NCBI GenBank assembly: GCA_946414595.1
Contig: CAMKPE010000005.1
Location: forward strand, 704 to 64,703
Direction: 5' to 3'
DNA: 64,000 nt
Origin: an uncultured Clostridium sp.
GTDB lineage: Bacteria; Bacillota_I; Bacilli_A; RF39; UBA660
Shown here piece by piece: positions 1 through 8,700 of the stretch. Position 1 is the stretch's first letter. Each line of letters starts with the position of its first letter. Made by a program: the position numbers and the translations under genes. The notes beneath the pieces are model-generated. The model had not been told where the DNA came from. It saw nothing but the letters and a program-made list of their open reading frames with translations, and ran no database searches.

Positions 1-63
1 GCACAACCAGGAGCAGTAGAGAATAGTGTACCTGTTTCTGATGAGACAAAAGATAATAATTAA
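1..63 (+). CDS. 3' end of an upstream CDS (partial, ...AQPGAVENSVPVSDETKDNN*)
   Basis: The frame is open from the window edge to TAA at 61-63 and is followed directly by a hairpin with a T-run. Function cannot be assigned from 20 codons. Confidence 0.3.
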   Translation, partial: AQPGAVENSVPVSDETKDNN

Positions 64-86
64 AAAGAAGTTGATACTTCTTTTTT
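64..86 (+). terminator. Rho-independent terminator
   Basis: Stem aagaagt(65-71)/acttctt(76-82), 4-nt loop, then a T-run. Confidence 0.6.
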
Positions 87-101
87 AAGTTGAGGTATTA
101 T

Positions 102-1118
102 ATGATGAAAATAGTATATTCTTCTATAGATGAATTTAAAGAAAGTATTAAAGAATTAATAAGTACTTTAAATCTTGATGAATATCAAGAACTTATTTAT
201 TTATTTGAAAAAGAAGTGAAAAGGAAAAAACAAAAGGAGGACTATCTAGCTAATTTCTATAGATTACTGCTTGATAATACTTCTTTAGTTAATAATGCAA
301 AATATGGATTAGATGTTTTAAAATCAATTTGTAACAATGTAGAAAAGATAAAAATCAATAGTTTATTTGAATATAAAGTAATAATAGATGCCTATGTTTT
401 AACAGGCATTATGACATTTCAATTAAAACGATTAGATGAATCGAAGATTTATTTTTACAAAGCGATTAACTTTGGAGAGCAATACAGGAATTATTCTAAA
501 GAAAATTACTATGATGCTCTAAACTGTGCTTATACTTGGTATGCTTATTTCTTCATGATGATGAAAAAATATGATGGAGCGGAAAAAATATATAATAGAG
601 TTTTAACAAATTATAATGAAGTAAAAGATGATCCTAATTATTTTGTAACAGAAAAAGAATCAGTAGAAACTAGTAAGAAAAATTTAATCAAGTTAAGAAG
701 TATTAATAATGGAGGAAATAACATGGAAGAAGTATTAAAATTATTAAAACAGGCTAGAATATATTATTTAGCAACAATAGACAAAGACGAACCAAAGGTA
801 AGACCTTTTGGAACTGCAGAAATATTTGAAGGACATTTGTATATTCAAACAGGAAAGAAAAAGGAAGTATTTAAACAAATAAAGAAAAATAACAAAGTGG
901 AAATATGTGCAACTTTAAGTGATAGTAAGTGGATTAGAATATCAGGTACATTAGTTCTTGATGATAGAGTTGAAGCAAAAAAGTATTTGCTAGATAAAAA
1001 CCCTCATTTAAGAGGAATGTATGATGAAAATGATGACAATACAGCAGTGTTATATTTTGACAAGGCAACTGCAACTATTTCATCATTTACTGAAGCACCA
1101 AGAGTAATTAAGTTTTAA
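102..1118 (+). CDS. Two-part protein: helical/TPR-like N-terminal ~205 aa and a pyridoxamine-5'-phosphate-oxidase-like (FMN-binding split-barrel) C-terminal ~130 aa
   Basis: ORF 90-1118. GAGG at 92-95 favours the ATG at 102. The C-terminal segment (ARIYYLATIDKDEPKVRPFG...VLYFDKATATISSF) resembles PNPOx-like family proteins. The N-terminal assignment is weak. Confidence 0.55.
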   Translation: MMKIVYSSIDEFKESIKELISTLNLDEYQELIYLFEKEVKRKKQKEDYLANFYRLLLDNTSLVNNAKYGLDVLKSICNNVEKIKINSLFEYKVIIDAYVLTGIMTFQLKRLDESKIYFYKAINFGEQYRNYSKENYYDALNCAYTWYAYFFMMMKKYDGAEKIYNRVLTNYNEVKDDPNYFVTEKESVETSKKNLIKLRSINNGGNNMEEVLKLLKQARIYYLATIDKDEPKVRPFGTAEIFEGHLYIQTGKKKEVFKQIKKNNKVEICATLSDSKWIRISGTLVLDDRVEAKKYLLDKNPHLRGMYDENDDNTAVLYFDKATATISSFTEAPRVIKF

Positions 1119-1145
1119 AACAAGCAAATAAAGCTTGTTTTTTTA
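1119..1145 (+). terminator. Rho-independent terminator
   Basis: Stem aacaagc/gcttgtt followed by T8. Confidence 0.7.
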
Positions 1146-1262
1146 TGTTATAATCAAATTGTTAGTTAAATGCCACGTAAAGTAGCACAAAAAAATCAAA
1201 ATGTAATCAAACTTTGCTTGTTTGAATTTATATAAATAGTAAAATTTTTGCCATGAGGAGTG

Positions 1263-2090
1263 ATGAAAATGTTATTTAGTGAAAAATTAAAAATGTTAAG
1301 AAAAGAAAGAGGATATACTCAAGAAGAATTAGCAGAGGAAATTAATGTATCTAGACAAGCAATTACAAAATGGGAAAGTAATGAAGGACTTCCTGATATC
1401 GAAAACTTAAAACAAATAAGCAATTTGTTTAACACAACTATCGATGAGTTAATTAAAGAGGAAAAAGAAATATCTGAAGAAATTGTAAAAGAATTATTAG
1501 TTAAAGAAATGGATATTGATCATTCAAAACATTTTGATATTAAAGTAAGTAGAAATTATGAATTAGATATATTAGCTAATAAAGAAGAAAAGGTAAGAAT
1601 TGAAATTGAATCAAGTAATAAGGATGCTTTTAAAATTAAAGTTGATGACCTATACAATAGAATGGATATTAATATTAAAAATAGTAAAGGATATGAAGAT
1701 TCTTTAATTAAGATATATATTCCTGAAAAGTATATTGATGAGATTGAATTAAATTCTAAATTAAGAACATTAAGAATATCTGATTTAGAAATAGAAAAGA
1801 TTGAATATGATGGATCATTAAAATATTTAATAGTAAATAATTCAAAAGGAAAGATAGTTCTTAATACTTCAAAGTCAGATGTTGAAGCAAGTTATGATAA
1901 TTTTGATGGTGAATTAGAAGTTAACAGTGTTAACTCTACAACAAGAGTAGAATTACCTAAAAATACAAAATACAAAACTGTATTAAAAGGTATCAAAAAT
2001 AGGTTTGTAGATGAGTCTATTAACGAAGATACAGATAACATTGTTGAGTTAAATGGATTTAATAGTAAATTAATTTTTATAGAGAAATAA
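1263..2090 (+). CDS. XRE-family HTH transcriptional regulator fused to a DUF4097-like (beta-helix, putative adhesin) C-terminal domain
   Basis: The N-terminus LKMLRKERGYTQEELAEEINVSRQAITKWESNEGLPDIENLKQIS is a classic Cro/C1 HTH. The C-terminal half has repetitive beta-strand-like segments, as in DUF4097. GAGGAG SD precedes ATG 1263/1269. Confidence 0.7.
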   Translation: MKMLFSEKLKMLRKERGYTQEELAEEINVSRQAITKWESNEGLPDIENLKQISNLFNTTIDELIKEEKEISEEIVKELLVKEMDIDHSKHFDIKVSRNYELDILANKEEKVRIEIESSNKDAFKIKVDDLYNRMDINIKNSKGYEDSLIKIYIPEKYIDEIELNSKLRTLRISDLEIEKIEYDGSLKYLIVNNSKGKIVLNTSKSDVEASYDNFDGELEVNSVNSTTRVELPKNTKYKTVLKGIKNRFVDESINEDTDNIVELNGFNSKLIFIEK

Positions 2091-2187
2091 AATTCTCTTT
2101 TTTTATTGAAAAATTAATGTTAAAAATATGTAAAAACACTTTAAAATAAAGTGCATTTTTGCTATAATTATTCTATAGGTGGTATAT

Positions 2188-3093
2188 ATGAAAATAATGT
2201 GTATAGGACAATCAGCTTACGATATAACATTGCCATTAGATCATTACCCAGTAGAGAATAAAAAGGTAAGAGTTGAAAACAAGGTTGAGTGTGGTGGAGG
2301 AAGTGCTTCAAACTGTGCTTTTCTACTTGCAAAATGGGGACTTGATACTTACTTTGCTGGAGTTGTAGGAAATGATCATTATGGTAACAACATAAAGAAA
2401 GAATATGAAACAGTAGGAGTTAAAACAAAGTATTTACAAACAAGTGATGTATATCCAACTACATCAAGTTACATAATTGCTAATACTTCTATTGGTTCAA
2501 GAACAATTTTAACTAGTAAAGATAGTAATATCCAAATGGAGAATTTTATAGTTGAAGATAGCTTTGATTTTATTCTTCTTGATGGTTATGAAAGAGAATT
2601 TGCAGAGGAAGTAATTAGAAAGAGCCCTAATGCAATTAAGATACTTGATGCTGGAAGTAAGAAAGAAGCAACTGTAGAACTTGCTAAGATAGTAGATTAC
2701 GTTGTTTGCTCTCATGACTTTGCAGAAGATGTATCAGGTGTAAAAATTGATTATAATGATATTGATACGATTATTAGAGCATACAAAAAGTTAAAGGAAG
2801 AATTCAAAGGAAATGTTATTATTACTCTTGAGTCTTATGGATGCTTTACTTGTATAGACGGAATGTATAAAATAGTTCCAAGTATAAAAGTAGAAGCTAT
2901 TGATTCAACAGGAGCAGGAGATATCTTCCATGGTGCGTTTGTTTATTCATTAGCAAATGGCTTTGATTTAAATAAAGCATTGTTGTTTTCAAATATAACT
3001 GGAGCTCTATCAGTTAAAACAATTGGTAGTAGATTATCAATACCTGAATTAGAAAGCGTAGTAGAAAAATATAATGATGTTATTTCGAAATAG
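2188..3093 (+). CDS. PfkB-family carbohydrate kinase (ribokinase-like)
   Basis: An N-terminal GGG(S)ASN-type motif and the C-terminal DSTGAGDIFHGAF signature of ribokinase/PfkB kinases. AGGTGG SD precedes ATG 2188. Confidence 0.8.
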   Translation: MKIMCIGQSAYDITLPLDHYPVENKKVRVENKVECGGGSASNCAFLLAKWGLDTYFAGVVGNDHYGNNIKKEYETVGVKTKYLQTSDVYPTTSSYIIANTSIGSRTILTSKDSNIQMENFIVEDSFDFILLDGYEREFAEEVIRKSPNAIKILDAGSKKEATVELAKIVDYVVCSHDFAEDVSGVKIDYNDIDTIIRAYKKLKEEFKGNVIITLESYGCFTCIDGMYKIVPSIKVEAIDSTGAGDIFHGAFVYSLANGFDLNKALLFSNITGALSVKTIGSRLSIPELESVVEKYNDVISK

Positions 3094-3388
3094 TATGCCT
3101 CAGTTAGATCTTCATGGCGAAGATAGAATTGGTGCAAAGATCAAAGTTAATACATTTATAAATGATAATATTAAGCTTGGAAATCAAGAAATAGCAATTA
3201 TTCATGGAGTAGGAAAAGGCATTTTGAAAAAGGAAGTGTTAAATATGTTGAAAAAAGATAAAAGAGTGGTAGAATATTGTGTTGACTGTTTTAACGAAGG
3301 TTGTACTTTAGCACGTTTATGTAAAAATGTTGACATAATTGAAAAAAAGTGCTATAATATGCGACATAACTTAAGGGGGAGATTGTAA
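3074..3388 (+). CDS. Smr-domain protein (small MutS-related)
   Basis: LDLHGEDRIGAKIKV...IAIIHGVGKGILKKEV matches the Smr domain LDLHG...HG.G.G motifs. The start is uncertain (ATG 3074/3077/3098). Confidence 0.7.
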   Translation: MMLFRNSMPQLDLHGEDRIGAKIKVNTFINDNIKLGNQEIAIIHGVGKGILKKEVLNMLKKDKRVVEYCVDCFNEGCTLARLCKNVDIIEKKCYNMRHNLRGRL

Positions 3389-3390
3389 AT

Positions 3391-5727
3391 ATGTATACAG
3401 ACGACGAACAAAGAACAGGTTTACCTATTAAGACTTTTTTACTAAGTCTTATACTAATAATAATTTTCATATTATTATTAATGTGGCTATTACCTATGCC
3501 TAATTCTAGTAAGAATAATGGTAATGGCAATTCAACTACAGAAATAACTGGACTTGATGCATTGACAAACAGAATATTTAATGCAAATATTCAAGAAATG
3601 AAAAATGCAGGTATTTCTTATTTCACTAAGGATACTTTACCAAGCAAGGAAGGTCAAACTGTAACTCTAACATTACAAGAAATGTTAGACAAAAAATTAT
3701 TACTTCCATTTACTGATAAAAATGGAAACTCATGCGATACAGAAAAATCATATGTATCAATCACTAAGAAAGGTGACTTATATGAGATGAAAGTTAACTT
3801 ATCATGTGACGATCAAGAAGATTACATATTAGTTAACTTAGGATGTTATCCATACTGTACATCTGCTGTTTGTGAAAAGAAAGAAACAAACAACAATACA
3901 CCAACACCTACACCAACACCTACAACTGGATATCCATATTGTACATTATATGTATCTAGTGGAAAGGTTGGAAGCAATGGTTGGTATGTTGGAGATGCAG
4001 TAGTAAGCTTCAAATCTAAAGGTGCTACAGCAAGTGGTGCTTCAATCGTAGCTTACGGAATTGGAACATCTAGTACAGCAAGCTACAACAAATCAAATTC
4101 TTATACAGTTAAGAACGATGGTTCTACAACAGTATATGGATATGTAAAAGATTCAAATGGAAAAACTGCTACATGTAACATTGTAGTTAAGAAAGACACT
4201 AAAGCTCCATCTTGTACTTTAACAGTATTATCTGGATCTAAAGGAGCAAGCGGAGATTATGTTTCAGATGTTGTAGTAGGATTTAGTTCAAAAACTGATG
4301 CTACAAGTGGAATTTCTGCTTATGGATTAACTAATTCAACAAGCACAACTTACAATAGTGCATCAAAATACACTATAACAACAAATGGAACTCATACAAT
4401 ATACGGTTATGTTAAGGATGCAGCTGGGCATACTGCTAAATGTAATATAACAGTAAAACGTAATTATACAGATACTGGTTCTAAACCATCATGTACACTA
4501 AAAATAACTAGTGGAAAAACAGGAAGCAACGGATGGTACATTGGTAATGTAACAATTGGATTTGCTTCTAAATCAAGCACAAATGGTGCAACAATTAAAT
4601 CATATGGAATTGGAACTAAAGAAACATATGCTGGAAATGATTCATATACTTACAGTTCTGATGGATCAGCTACTATCTACGGATATGTAAAAGATTCTAA
4701 AGGAAATACTGCAACATGTAGTATACCTGTAAAGAAAGATGCAACAAAACCATCATGTGAATTAAAAGTAACTAGTGGAACTTATAATCAAGGTGGATAT
4801 TACACTTCTGATATAACAATTGGATTTGCTTCTAAGACTGATTCTACGAGTGGTATTGCAGGATACGGAATTGGAACAAGTACAACATACAGTGGAAATA
4901 CTTCATACAAAGTAACAACTATAGGAACAACTACTGTATATGGTTACGTAAAAGATGCAGCTGGAAATACTGCTACATGTAGTATCAAAGTTGAAAAGAG
5001 AAATAACTTAGAATATCAATATAAGAAAGATATAGCTAATCAATATAGTGATTGGTCTGCATGGACAACTTCAACATATAATCCAAGCAACCCACCATCA
5101 TTTGGAAAATATACATTAATTGAAATAGTTGACTTAGGAAAAACTCAAGAAGTTGATTACTATAAAGAAAGCACTGGACAAGCATTCTATAAATATAAAA
5201 CTGTAAAAGTTGGAACTGCTACACAAAAATATTGTAAAGGATACAACTATTACAGAGATACAAAATCTACAACAACAACTTATGCTATCAAAGTTGGAAC
5301 TGATTGGAAATTTGAAAAGATGGTTACAACAACAGGTTGGCCAACAGATACACTTTCAGTTAAATATGAATTCGTTGGATTCGATTGGAAATGTACTGGA
5401 TGTGAAACTACTCCAAGAAAGATTTGGAACAAGTACACAAGAACAGTTGGAACTGTAACTAAATCTGATACAGTAACAACTTCTGGAATAAGCGTAACTT
5501 GTGCTGAAACAGAAACACGTGAAATCGAAATTTTCGATACAGTTAAGATTTTCGTAGATTACGAAAAGATTAAAACACCAGTTTATAAAGATGTTTACAA
5601 ATATAAACAAAGAACTCGTACTTTAATCAAGAAAGCATATACAGATTACAAGTGGAGTTACTATAACGATCAAACATTAATTAAAGATGGTTATACAATG
5701 ACTGGTAATACAAGAGTAGCTGGATAG
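3391..5727 (+). CDS. Membrane-anchored envelope protein with four Cys-bracketed ~90-aa tandem repeats and a W/Y/T-rich C-terminal domain
   Basis: N-terminal TM helix (FLLSLILIIIFILLLMWLL), a (TP)n linker, four repeats, and a beta-rich tail. I recognise no family. Confidence 0.6.
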   Translation: MYTDDEQRTGLPIKTFLLSLILIIIFILLLMWLLPMPNSSKNNGNGNSTTEITGLDALTNRIFNANIQEMKNAGISYFTKDTLPSKEGQTVTLTLQEMLDKKLLLPFTDKNGNSCDTEKSYVSITKKGDLYEMKVNLSCDDQEDYILVNLGCYPYCTSAVCEKKETNNNTPTPTPTPTTGYPYCTLYVSSGKVGSNGWYVGDAVVSFKSKGATASGASIVAYGIGTSSTASYNKSNSYTVKNDGSTTVYGYVKDSNGKTATCNIVVKKDTKAPSCTLTVLSGSKGASGDYVSDVVVGFSSKTDATSGISAYGLTNSTSTTYNSASKYTITTNGTHTIYGYVKDAAGHTAKCNITVKRNYTDTGSKPSCTLKITSGKTGSNGWYIGNVTIGFASKSSTNGATIKSYGIGTKETYAGNDSYTYSSDGSATIYGYVKDSKGNTATCSIPVKKDATKPSCELKVTSGTYNQGGYYTSDITIGFASKTDSTSGIAGYGIGTSTTYSGNTSYKVTTIGTTTVYGYVKDAAGNTATCSIKVEKRNNLEYQYKKDIANQYSDWSAWTTSTYNPSNPPSFGKYTLIEIVDLGKTQEVDYYKESTGQAFYKYKTVKVGTATQKYCKGYNYYRDTKSTTTTYAIKVGTDWKFEKMVTTTGWPTDTLSVKYEFVGFDWKCTGCETTPRKIWNKYTRTVGTVTKSDTVTTSGISVTCAETETREIEIFDTVKIFVDYEKIKTPVYKDVYKYKQRTRTLIKKAYTDYKWSYYNDQTLIKDGYTMTGNTRVAG
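3940..4995 (+). repeat. Four in-frame tandem coding repeats of 264-279 bp (88-93 aa)
   Basis: The repeat units start at Cys codons 3940, 4213, 4492 and 4756. Each reads C-[TE]-L-x-[VI]-x-SG...GWY/GDY...G[IL][GT]...Y.[VY]...G..T[IV]YGYVKD[SA].G.TA.C.I.V[KE]K. Confidence 0.9.
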
Positions 5728-5743
5728 AAAGAGGGGATAGAAA

Positions 5744-8700
5744 ATGAAAAAGATAACAGTAGTTTATGAAAGAAATGAAGAAACTAATGCAATAGAATTA
5801 AGAACAATAGTAATTTTCGACGACAATAAAGCTCCAGTTGTTACAGATTATGTAAATAAAGAAAGCTTAATCGCAGCAGCTGAGTTTATTACAGCTAACG
5901 GATATGACGTATTAAAAGAAACTAACACTAGAAAAGCTGTAGATGATGGTTTAGTTACATTAGTATCACGTACTAATGCTAAAGCAATGGCTGAGTTAAG
6001 AGCAGAAATCATGCAAGAAGAACTTAAGTATGGTGCTGTTGAAGACAAAGTTGCTAAGGCAATAACTGATGGTGCTAAAGAAGAACCAAAAGAAGAAATT
6101 AAAGAAGAAGTAAAAGATGATTCTAAAGACGAAGAAACTGAAAGATTAGTTGCATCAGTTGAAGGTCATGAATTAGAATTATCACAAGATGATAGACAAT
6201 TCGCTCAATATTTAAAATTATATTTAATTAGAAAGAAGAGAGAATTAACTCGTGAAGAGGAAGGTCAACTATTTGGATTAGTTAGAGAAAACGAAAGAGC
6301 AAGAGTTCTTGAAGATGCTTTAATTAAATTAGAGAATAAAGAAATAACTAAAGAAACTTTCGATGAAATCTATAACAATTACAGAGCACAATTAAGTGGT
6401 GCAATTAAGAACGCTGGAATCAAGTTAATTGAAAAAGCTGCTCCAGTTGCTGTTGAACCAATGAAAGAAGAAGTTGCTCCTGCAGTTGTAGAAGAAGTTA
6501 AGGAAGAAAAAGCTCCTGCAGTTCCTGAAGTAAAAGAAGAAAAAGCAGAGGAACCAAAGGAAGAACCTGCTGTTGAAAAGAATGTATTAAACATTCCAAA
6601 AGAAGACAGGGATTATGCTAATTATTTAAAATTAGTTATGAAAAGAGAAAAAGCTCCATTATCTACAGAAGATGAAGGAAAATTAATGGGACTAGTTAGA
6701 GAAAACGAAAGAGCAAGAGCTCTTGAGGAATCTAATATTAGAAAAACAAATGGTACTATGACTGAAGAAGAATATAATACTATTTATGCACAATACAGAA
6801 AAGAACTTGCTGATTCATTCAAAAAAGCTTCAAAAGAAGCTAAAGTTGAAAGAAGAACAGTTGAAGTTCCAAAAGTAGAGGAAGCTGAAGTTAAATTACC
6901 TGAGGCTCCAGTAGTAACTGAAACTGAAGAACCAGTTAAGACTACAGTTATTCCTGTACCTGTTCCTGTAACTGAAGATGAAAAACCTGAAAAGGAACCA
7001 GCTAAGGAAGAAACTAAGGAAGAAGCTAAAGTTGAAACAGTTGTTCCTGCTCCAGTTCCTGTAACTGAAGAAAAGAAAGATGCAGCTGAACCAACAAAAG
7101 CTGAACCTGTTAAAGAAGAAGTTGTGGTTGAAGAAGCAGCTCCAGTAGTTCCTGTAACTGAAGAAAAGAAAGATGCAGCTGAACCAACAAAAGTTGAACC
7201 AGCTAAAGAAGAGGACAAATCAAAAGTAGTTCCTGTAGTTGTTCCAGTTGCAGTTCCAGCTGCTGAAAAAGCACCTGAAACTAAACCTGCTGAATCTGAA
7301 AAAGCACCTGAAAAGGAACCTGAAGCTAAACCAGCAGACGGAAGTTCAACTGAAGAACCTAAAAAGGATGATACAAAGGCTGAGCCTAAGAAAGAGGGGG
7401 AACCTGAAACTATGGTAGTAAAAACTGCTGATCCTGAAATTAAGGGATTAAAACCTGGAAAAACAGAAGAAAAAGTTGTTCCAGTAGATGGAAAAGACAT
7501 CAAAGTTAAGAAAACAGCTTGGTGGAAGAAATTACTAGCTGCACTAGGAATCATGACAATTGTTGGAGGAATTGGTGCATTAGTAGCTGAATTAACTGGA
7601 AAGAACAAACCTAATAGTAATGGAAGAGAACTTCCAAAAACTACAACTGATCAAGTTACACCTGGACCAACACAAACTGTTGGATTAGGAACAAATTCTG
7701 AAGCTATTTTAATCCCAGGAATTGGTGATTTAAATAATTCTATTCAATTACCTCCAGTTGCAACTGAAGAACCAGAAGAAAAAGCAGAAGTAACTCCTGG
7801 ACCAACAGAGCAACCAATAGTAATTGTTACTGCAAGCCCAGAAGAATTAGCTAACGCTCAAAGAAGAGAAACAATTAATGCTATCGAATCATATTGTACA
7901 AACTTCAGTGTACCTGCTGAAACAAAAGCATTCTTAATGAGAGCAGAAGTATTAGACTTCTTAACTCAATATACTAATGCTGATCAAAGATCTGAAGTAA
8001 TCAGTGCATTATGTTATGGATATGAAGCTAACTTATTAACAACAAAAGAAGGTAACTTTAGATTAGCTGAAGATGGATCTAATTACTTATATTCATTCAC
8101 AAGAGACTTCTTATGTGCTAAGGTTGTTGTTAATGGTTACAGCGCAAGACAAATGAAAACAGTATTTGGTAATCAAGATGTATCTTATGAACAAATCATA
8201 GGAGGATTCAAGAATTTCTGTTATACAGTTACAACTTATGGTATGACTGCTCATGAACCATTACCATTTAGATATTTAACTAATAACAGTAGAGCAAAAA
8301 CTGATGTACTAAATAACTTAATGGAAAAATTAATTGTAGTAAATACTAATAGAGATAATCATACATTAACAAGTCAACATACAGATGACTTTATCTCAGA
8401 AGTATTTGATACATTCGTATTAAACGATGAATCAATTGAATTAGGACAAGGAACAAAAGATGTTGCTGGTGCTATCGTTGAAGCATACGTTGCAATGCAA
8501 AGCCAAATCGCAAATGGTGAACCATTATACTTACATGAAGATCGTGGTTATGCAAGAGCAGGAATCAATCTTCAAGAAGTTGACGGACACTTTGCAATTG
8601 GTTACCCAGATAAAACTACATATGAGTTTACAAGCTTATATGATGTAATGAATCATGGATATGGATCACATGCTGAAAATGCTGAACGTTGTCTTTCTGA

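Noticed and set aside
3940-4995. Regular ~270-bp periodicity, considered as a possible CRISPR or other non-coding array
   Set aside because: The repeats are long, divergent at the DNA level, in one open frame and conserved at the protein level. They are coding tandem domains, not repeat-spacer units. No CRISPR-like short repeats were seen anywhere in the window.
6784-7608. 274-aa minus-strand ORF, rich in S/T/G/A
   Set aside because: It lies entirely antisense to the E/K/P-rich part of the 5744-9838 gene. Its low-complexity composition mirrors GAA/AAA/CCT codons, and it has no SD. It is a typical shadow ORF.
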